A stretch of 63,786 nucleotides of DNA, filler included, from Octopus bimaculoides (Eukaryota), in NCBI RefSeq assembly GCF_001194135.2. It is 3 parts of 3 records of this genome, joined end to end, with 100 filler letters (N's around TTAATTAATTAA, not from the genome) between each part and the next. Parts side by side here need not be neighbours in the genome. Positions count along the whole stretch, not along the records: positions 30,885 to 60,148 come from NC_068981.1; positions 60,249 to 63,786 come from NC_068987.1; 1 more part is not named here. One strand, 5' to 3'. Below the pieces are notes generated by a model. That model searched no databases, had not been told where the DNA came from, and was given only the letters and a program-made list of their open reading frames with translations. Every line of letters begins with the position of its first letter. The stretch's first letter is position 1. Position numbers and translations under genes: made by a program. This document shows, piece after piece, positions 55,148 through 63,786 of the stretch.

Positions 55148-56160
55148 ATTAGGTCGTCAAGTATGAAATTTGTAGAAAGGTATATGGTAAACTTTGACAG
55201 CTGCTAATTTTGCGCCATTATTATATTTTGACAATCTTTATTTCTTTATTCTAACTCATTCTGCGCTTTATAAAGTATTTATAAATCGTATTTTGCTGTT
55301 TTTGTTTAGAGATGGATAATTCGGAAATTTGCACAGTTTTGAAATATGATTTCTTTCTTCGAAATACAGCATCACACACAGCTCGGAATATTAATGGAGT
55401 ATTTCATTCTAATGTTATTGCACAGCAGACAATATCAAATTGGTTTGCAAAATTTCGTTCTGGTAACTTTCACCTCACAAATGAACAACGCAGTCGACCA
55501 GAAACAAAGGTGGATAATGACGAACTGAAAGCCACAGTCGAGTCAGATCCATCTCAAAGTGTCCGTGAATTATCGTTGTTGTTTGGTGGTAGCAAGCAAA
55601 CAATATTGACTCACCTAGTTGAAATCGGTAAAGTGAAAAAGTTGGATAAGTGGGTTTCATATGAACTCAAAGAAAATCAGAAACAGCAAAGTTTGGAAAC
55701 CTACATTATGCTACTTTCTCGTCACAAAGATGAATGATTTTTGAATCGAATTGTAACGTGATGAGAAAAGGATCCAATACAACAACTGTAAACTGTTGGA
55801 CAAAGACGAGCCACCAAAACACAGTCCAAAAAGCAAAATTTCATCAACAGAAGCTGAGGGTGTGTGTTTGGTGGTCTGGCGCAAGTGTGATCCATTATGA
55901 TTTCATTAAACCTGGCTCATCAATCACGGTCGAAGTATATTGCAGCCAACTGGACCAAATGATGCAGAAACTTAAAAAAAAAAAGAAGAAACAGCCCAGA
56001 TTAGTCAACAAATCCACTCCAATGTTTTTGCAAGACAACGCCAGACCACACATCGCAAAAATGACATTGGCAAAACTACAAGAGTTGGAGTTGGAAGTTC
56101 TCCATCATCCATCATACTCACATGATCTTGCCCCCACTGACTACCACTTCGAAGCAAAAC
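55148..56160 (+). mobile_element. Mariner transposon, transposase broken by a stop and frameshifts, 3' end lost
   Basis: ORFs 55312-55737 and 55734-56189: [45 protein letters not shown]. Confidence 0.92.
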
Positions 56161-56211
56161 TTTGGAAGAAGACCAAAACTTTCAGATAGGGACCGTCGGA
56201 CTCTTGTGCGA

Positions 56212-56278
<67 letters not shown>

Positions 56279-56740
56279 GTGCGTGTGTGTGTGTGTGTGT
56301 ATATATACATGTCTGCGTGTGTGTGTGGATATGTGTGCATGTATCAGTACATACATGCATATATGTTTGTGTGTGTATGTGCGTGTGCGTATACACGTTT
56401 GTGTGAGTGTGTACGTATGTAGACGTTGTGAACGCGAGAGGTTTATGTCTATGTTTCGTGAGAATATGGTTGCGTGTATTTTTTTTATCTTTCTTCTTTT
56501 TTGTTTTTCTACTTATTCGAGTAACTTCCCCTTTATTCAACGGTTTTCATAGACTCTGTTGCCATTAATAGCCGACGAGAATGTATCATAGCTCTTCGCT
56601 GCGACATTCGAAACTCCGAGTACTATAATGACAAGCTTTTAGTGTTTGTTTTAAATTATAACATATATAAATAATCCTCTATTTATCTAATATCAAGGTC
56701 TCATTCTTTTGTTGTTACTTTTTATTAAATATATATATAT

Positions 56741-57150
56741 ATATTGTTGTATTTCGAGATGGTGATTTTTTCAAATTTTTTTGCCAAATAAACACATGCA
56801 TTATATATTCGTTCTTTAGTCGCTTATTACTGTTCTTATTCTAACACATGTCCATTGTCCGGAAATCTTTCGTCACACATCTGTGATCTCTTCAGCGACA
56901 TTTTCGTCTTCGTGTGAGCTCTTATCACACACGATGACGGAAAGTGTCACTGAAGAGGTCACAGATGAGTGATGAGAGATTTCCGGACAATGGACATGAG
57001 TTAGAATAAGAACAGTAATAAACGACTGAAGAACGAATATATAGAGCATGTGTTTATATGGTAACAAAACAAAAAAAAATCACCATCCCGAAATACAACA
57101 ATATCTGCTTTAACACGCGAACTCACATCAAGAATCTTGCAACACAAATT
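56741..57150 (+). mobile_element. Hairpin (56741-57104) with hammerhead-like motifs in both arms plus an unpaired coding-like tail; probable PLE inverted pseudo-LTR
   Basis: Arms of ~165 bp pair; ATG at 57058 opens MVTKQKKITIPKYNNICFNTRTHIKNLATQI. Confidence 0.75.
56856..56900 (-). ncRNA. Putative minimal (type I) hammerhead ribozyme
   Basis: Minus strand TGTCG-CTGAAGA-GATCACA-GATG-TGTGAC-GAAA-GAT-TTC-CGGACA: intact CUGANGA and GAAA core, stem II, NUH triplet, and flanks able to form stem I. The mirror copy at 56945-56989 has GAAA changed to GAGA. Confidence 0.55.
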
Positions 57151-58082
57151 CATATATCTATATATCTGTATGAAAGTATGTATATATATATANNNNNNNN
57201 NNNNNNNNNNNNNNNNNNNNNNNNNNNNNNNNNNNNNNNNNNNNNNNNNNNNNNNNNNNNNNNNNNNNNNNNNNNNNNNNNNNNNNNNNNNNNNNNNNNN
57301 NNNNNNNNNNNNNNNNNNNNNNNNNNNNNNNNNNNNNNNNNNNNNNNNNNNNNNNNNNNNNNNNNNNNNNNNNNNNNNNNNNNNNNNNNNNNNNNNNNNN
57401 NNNNNNNNNNNNNNNNNNNNNNNNNNNNNNNNNNNNNNNNNNNNNNNNNNNNNNNNNNNNNNNNNNNNNNNNNNNNNNNNNNNNNNNNNNNNNNNNNNNN
57501 NNNNNNNNNNNNNNNNNNNNNNNNNNNNNNNNNNNNNNNNNNNNNNNNNNNNNNNNNNNNNNNNNNNNNNNNNNNNNNNNNNNNNNNNNNNNNNNNNNNN
57601 NNNNNNNNNNNNNNNNNNNNNNNNNNNNNNNNNNNNNNNNNNNNNNNNNNNNNNNNNNNNNNNNNNNNNNNNNNNNNNNNNNNNNNNNNNATATATATGT
57701 ACACACACATATCACAGCACAAGCTAATGAGGGGCGTTCTTTTCCATCATTTAGAAATAGCATCCTAATTCTCTTAATTCGCATACGCCCAATTCCTACC
57801 ATCTTAACCCTACCTATATAAAATGGAAGGAATCTTTGGTTAATGCATTCCTAGACATACAGAAAGAAAAGCTGATCATGGCAGGATCGCCTTTTATAAC
57901 AGAATCCCTAAATTACGGCTGAACTATAACTAAAGAGCACATCGACAACAAAAACACCACACACCTGAAAACTGTAGGGCCAACATAAACACTGTCGAGT
58001 TAACTCGTTAGCTCTCAGCTCAGAGTTTAAGTCCTCTTGTGGGTAAGCTGCTGCTGCTGCTGCTACACTATTACTACTACTG

Positions 58083-58123
<41 letters not shown>

Positions 58124-58143
58124 GCTACTGCTGCTGCTGCTGG

Positions 58144-58186
<43 letters not shown>

Positions 58187-58198
58187 GCNNNNNNNNNN

Positions 58199-58237
<39 letters not shown>

Positions 58238-58245
58238 GCTGCTGG

Positions 58246-58316
<71 letters not shown>

Positions 58317-58317
58317 T

Positions 58318-58530
58318 ATGATTCAGTGCAACCATGAGATAGAGAATAGAAAGCCGGACATAGTCCTAATTGTGAAAGAAAACAAACTATGCTGGTTCAT
58401 AGATATAGCATGCCCAGCTGACGACAAGGTATGCGATAAGGAAGAAAGAAAAGTTGAGAGATATGACAGGTTAGCTTGGGAAGTTAAGCAGTCGTGGTTG
58501 ATGAAAAAAGTAGCAGTAGTACCGATACAA
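58318..58530 (+). mobile_element. R4/Dong-type RLE fragment directly after a (TAC)n tract
   Basis: HEIENRKPDIVLI...WFIDIACPADDKV..KEERKVERYDRLAWEVK. Confidence 0.85.
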
Positions 58531-58711
58531 ATATACCTGACTCCATCTTTGGAAGCAGTGTTCCAGCATTGCAGTAATCCAGTGACTGACATCGGTAAAC
58601 GAAGTATATATCTTGTTTATGTACATATATGTATGTACCTATATATGTAGGAGTACATAATTTGTGTACAGATACATATACCTATAAATGTATGCATATG
58701 TGTGTATGTAC

Positions 58712-58765
<54 letters not shown>

Positions 58766-58917
58766 CTTTTAAATTTGTTTATGGTAAGGTTATGAATATG
58801 CAAATAAAACTCCTATTCCATTATGCCGGTCACTATCTAATGATACTGACTAGTGAGCCCGGTTTTTCGGGGTTGCATCAAGTTATACCGATAAATATAA
58901 TAATAATAACATTAATC

Positions 58918-59382
58918 CTAGAATGGAATTTATTAACATTAAATGCATCACTACGCACGTTTCCACAAATCAAATAACTTTTAAGATCACATACCGTATA
59001 CCTGGGATGATTACAGTGTAGTCCGTACTATTCGTGGGCATCCGGTTGATCATCATCATTGATTCATTTCTTCAGGTGATATAACATTAGTGGCTGAACC
59101 ACAGAGGGATCTTCTTTCTATTTTTATCACTATGGCCTTTTTTTTTATCAGTATAGCCTCGCTTGGCCTTCATACTGATAAAAAGAGAAAAACATCCCTA
59201 TATGATTCATCCACAATGTTATATCGCCTGAAGAAATGAATCAATGATGATCTACCGGATGCCCACGAATACTACGGACTACACTGTAATTATCTGCAGA
59301 ACAAAGACTGTGGTCTTAAAAATCATGTGACATGTGGAAACGCGCGTAGCGAGGCATTAAATATCTATAAATTCCACCTTAG
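58918..59382. mobile_element. Foldback element with ~180-bp arms and an inner mini-hairpin
   Basis: GATTACAGTGTAGTCCGTACTATTCGTGGGCATCCGGT...TTCTTCAGGTGATATAACATT pairs with 59205-59300; TTTTTATCAGTAT/ATACTGATAAAAA in the spacer. Confidence 0.8.
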
Positions 59383-59396
59383 TATTATTTTTATCT

Positions 59397-59439
<43 letters not shown>

Positions 59440-59452
<13 letters not shown>

Positions 59453-59680
59453 GCCTTTGCACAGCTTCTTAACGCTGGAGATGTACTACGGTGTCAGCTG
59501 TTCACTACCAGTGAACTAAGGTAACACCTTATTTTTCGAGCACCTTTCGGAGTATTCGAGTGGTTCCAAACAGTGCTGTTTTCTGCGAGTGCTCCACCCT
59601 TATTGCAGCCCCTATTTGTTCCACGTACTTCTCGAGATTTTTGCTCACTGTTCCTAGGGCTCCGACAATTATTGATCTTC
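59440..59680 (-). mobile_element. R4/Dong-type LINE 3' end with (AAT)n tail
   Basis: IIVGALGTVSKNLEKY...EHSQKTALFGTTRILRKVLE; (TAT)n at 59395-59455. Confidence 0.85.
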
Positions 59681-60092
59681 CTTTATCGAATCTATAGGTT
59701 ACATTTCCAACGTAAACGAATGCAACTTGACACAGAAGTTTACTCATTTAAGGATAAGCACACATAAGTTTATACCAATAAGTATAAGGGCACACACGTT
59801 AATATGTATGTTTATACAGTTTCATTATTTTTATTCAGCAGAAAGTTTCAAAAGAGACTTAAGAGCGGAGAGTTTCGAGCAGTTACCAAATTGACTTTAA
59901 ATCAATGTGCTTACTTCCTTATATAGAATGAAAGATAGTTGTTCCGAGACTTTCGATAAAAAGATAAAAATTAGAACTGGAGGGTCACTTAAATAAATGC
60001 TTATTTTACATACGCACGCACGCGTATACACGCATATACAAACACACATACACGCGCGCATACACACACATGCACTTACGCACACACACAAA

Positions 60093-60148
<56 letters not shown>

Positions 60149-60608
60149 NNNNNNNNNNNNNNNNNNNNNNNNNNNNNNNNNNNNNNNNNNNNTTAATTAA
60201 TTAANNNNNNNNNNNNNNNNNNNNNNNNNNNNNNNNNNNNNNNNNNNNATATATATATATATATATTCAAGAATATGTTTAAATAATTTATAATTAATTC
60301 TTATGTACTTTATTTTCTCGTACGATATAGTAGGCTTTAAAATGAGTATATTATAAGATTAGTATTTCGGATATAACTTTGTATGTGTACTCCAGAAAAT
60401 AAGGTTGCCCTGAATTTGAAGTTGTGGTCCTATTGGTAAAATCGCAAATTTGTAATAATATACGTACATAATATATACATACATAATAAGCCAGCACTGT
60501 GGTATCATTCGAAAGCAACAAACATGCGGAAAGCGCATTGTGACAAGCGGTGTATAACACCATCTGATAATCAGGCCGATACAGTGATACTCACATATTA
60601 CATACTTT

Positions 60609-60640
<32 letters not shown>

Positions 60641-61894
60641 CACAGATATGAACCCCCGTACACACTCATACATAATTTATCTGACAACAGTGTAGTGTGT
60701 TGTTTACAATGGAGCTGCTTAAGACAGGTGTATTACAGGAAAAACAGAATAAACATGTTTATGTACGCTTCTATGATGGTAAATACATTATATACTGATA
60801 CACACGTACACGTATTTATATATGAGTGTATATATGTGGATTTACATTCATGCATATACATATATAGCTGCGTTTATGCACAAACACAGGCACACACATA
60901 TACGATATGATATACTGCACTAAACAATCACACTGTGACATATATATGTGATAATACAGAGTTCAATTTACTCCGTAAACACACACACACACACACACAC
61001 ATACACAGACACACATGCACGCACCCTCGCATACACAGACTCAAATATATTAATGATCTTCAATACTCTCTTGTCGTAATAATTCAATGGAACTGTGATA
61101 TGAACGTTAATGAGCCGCCTTGGGTAATAATGAGATGTTCACTTGCCTCGAATGGTGCCAGCAGGGAATCCTATACTGAAATTAAGTTTATTATGAAGTA
61201 GCTGAACCAATCCCAGCTAATCCTATTTCTAATGCCTTCTAGTAACTATACGATACAGTGATAACTGTTCATCGGAAGTCGGTTCTTCCCTGATGATTTG
61301 AAATCATCAATAGTAGTGGAGAATAGGAATGAACATCAAAAGTATCTTGTTTGCCAGCCTAATTAGAGCGCGTAGAAATAGTACGACGCATATATCACAT
61401 ATCAAATATCAAATGTCATATATTATACATACATACATTCATACATTCATACATACATACATACATACATGCATACATACATATATATTCAAGCATGCAT
61501 GAGTATATATGCATATGTATATACAAACACCCACACATAAGCGCGCGCACACACACATACACACACATACACACACACACACACACATACACACACACAC
61601 GCACACACACACATGACGCACTCATACAAAAAGAGCGCACAAATATGTATAGGCTTGCTGGAACAAACAAGAGGAAAATATCTATGCTGCAGAATAAAAC
61701 AAAATGTATATACACAAGTTCACAATATACAAAGCTATATACAAGATATAAATATGTGATGCAACAACCCCTCACGCACCTCTACACACATACACGCATA
61801 TATATATATATATACCTCTATACAAAGTGAGATTATCTATCTATCTATCCCCCTCTCTCTCTCTATATATATATATACATATAGATAGATATAC

Positions 61895-62165
61895 AAAGCT
61901 GTGCGGTCTAGTGTTTAAGCGTGTTGCACTGAGAGTTAATAGATCATCGTTTCGATTCCCAGACAGGCAGTTCGTTTTGTCTCTTGAACAAAACACTTCA
62001 TTTCATGTTGTGCCAGTTGAGTCAGCTGTAAGTGGGAAACACTGTCGCGCACTTGCGTTCTGATCAGGGGAAATGTAGGCCTACTTTCCAATCCAGCCGG
62101 TTGGCGTCGTTCGAAAGCTACAACGTTGCAAGGCGCAATGGGAATAGCGATCCAGCTATGTATAA
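61895..62165 (+). mobile_element. Degenerate tRNA-headed SINE
   Basis: TTCGATTCCC B-box followed by TTTTGTCTCTTGAACAAAACACTTCATTTCATGTTG, like the 41617 copy. Confidence 0.65.
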
Positions 62166-63349
62166 CTACATATCCAATAGGCTAGTCGATCATGTGATAT
62201 AGATGTGTGTATATATATATATATACACACGCGGTACATAAGAGAAGGAAAATATAGAACGAGTAGAGACGCTGTATTACTGAACATTTGAAGGAATGCA
62301 TTTGGCAATCTGTAACTGATGATCAATCAGGTATATCTATCAACACAGTTAATGCTGATGCTCCAAGCGTGACTCTCCGTTTTATATCTATATAGTCCAC
62401 TGAAATATTCCTGTTTTAAAACTGCTGGATTTTATTTTAAGACGTGTTTGTTACTCATCACAAGACAAACAAATGCGTTAAAACTTCATACTTTCTACTT
62501 ACCTGACGCGTATGCTGCAAGTATTCTTCTAACACCAAAAGTGGCTGTTGAGTTAAAGGTTATCTATTGTGTTTCATATCTCCTATATGTATTGACGTTC
62601 ACATTGTAGATCTCTTTTTCTGTGGCGTTTAGAATTAGAAATGTTGCTACTGGAACTGGTACAGCAAAAGCGTTTTAGGTCTTAAGGACTGGGGACAGCT
62701 CTGGTTTTCATAGCTTTCAGAGTGAGCTTAAAAATGTCTTTTGCGCTTTAGCTTACATATTTCACCAATTCTTGTAACATATGTATCTATTTCGAGATAA
62801 TTGTATAATTCATAACTGGAAATTCCCATACAGACAGGTCATTGTTAACCATATTCCTACTCTGTTTGTCAATTGTAGATCGACAAACTTTCGAGCGCAT
62901 ATGTTGACTTAACTCCGTTGCTCTGTTCCGTGGGATTCTTGTGGGCATTCTCTGCAGAACTGAGAAGACGTTCGCAACATACAAGGGCAGCATTATAGGG
63001 AACTATCATCCTGGAATATTATGATTTTTTTCATTTGTTTAGGATAGTTTCTTCTCATATTAGTGCTGCTGCCTTCGCTACCGCTGCCGCTGCCTCTACC
63101 TCGGCTACCGCTGCCGTTCCTGCCACTGCCGCATATGCTGCTACTTCCACTGCTGCCCCACCATTGTTTTTCTCAGTGCTGCTGCTACCGCTGCTACCGC
63201 TGCTATTGCTTTCACTGTTCCACATCTACTAGGGCCCTTCTTTGCAAAAGTTGATGTTGCTGATGCTGAAGCTACCAAAACCCATGCCCGCCTGCATGCA
63301 TGATAAACATTGAGCCGTAAATATATCTGTTGTCCCAGGCAGAAAAATT

Positions 63350-63736
63350 TACTCCAATCAACAAGACAGAGGAACTTGTCTGTCAATAGATATGTCTGTC
63401 ACACAAGATCAAAATCTCTCAAGAAAGGAATGCGAAAAGCTTTCTCACAATAAAGGTCTGCAAATTGAAATCGCAAAAATGCGGAAACTTAATACTACGA
63501 TGATACCAGTAGTAATTGGTGTGTTAGGAATGATAAAGAAGGATGAAGTATATTAAGTAACTCCCTTATAACTCCAATCTCTGTGAACTACAAAGGATAA
63601 CAATCTAAAATGGAATAAATGTGAGGATAATTTTATCATGCATAGTAAAAGAAAAGTGCCCTTGCTGCTCTTGGTCTCCGGAGGATGCTCGGTACTTAGG
63701 CAGCTGAAATAAAGTTATAATGAAACGAAACCATAC

Positions 63737-63786
<50 letters not shown>
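63350..63786 (+). mobile_element. R4/Dong-type LINE 3' end with 3' UTR and (AAT)n tail
   Basis: TCLSIDMSVTQDQNL...EKLS..KGLQIEIAKM...IPVVIGVLGMIKK; (AAT)n from ~63738. Confidence 0.8.

Noticed and set aside
61290-61310. CTGATGATTTGAAATCATCA as a hammerhead
   Set aside because: A simple 9-bp hairpin; no room for stem II and no stems I or III.
63060-63215. Poly-Ala/Pro-like ORFs (63035-63254)
   Set aside because: Cryptic GCT/GCC trinucleotide repeat with no splice or homology support.

Overview
AT-rich, repeat-saturated animal genomic DNA with many N gaps. The microsatellite load and SINE families suggest a coleoid cephalopod, probably Octopus (inference, no search run). I found no intact protein-coding gene, rRNA, tRNA gene or CRISPR array; almost all track ORFs are microsatellite or gap artefacts. 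Main content: (1) a heavily decayed RNF213/mysterin-like N-terminal region on the minus strand (~22010 to 774), recognised from colinear peptide remnants and split by a full-length mariner, a 1.5-kb foldback and SINEs; (2) a strong Penelope-like element (PLE) theme, with three GIY-YIG remnants, a 3-copy short repeat with minimal-hammerhead architecture, and two related hairpins ending in the same unpaired tail. The tails differ by 9 synonymous vs 2 non-synonymous codons, and one hairpin carries a hammerhead-like motif in each arm; (3) nine R4/Dong-type LINE fragments and five copies or fragments of a ~550-bp element, nearly all abutting trinucleotide, mostly (AAT)n, tracts; (4) four mariner remnants, a CR1-type LINE whose 3' end resembles a SINE tail, tRNA-headed SINEs, several MITE-like inverted repeats and a Helitron-like non-autonomous element. 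All homology calls come from hand translation and recalled family motifs and need confirmation by search.
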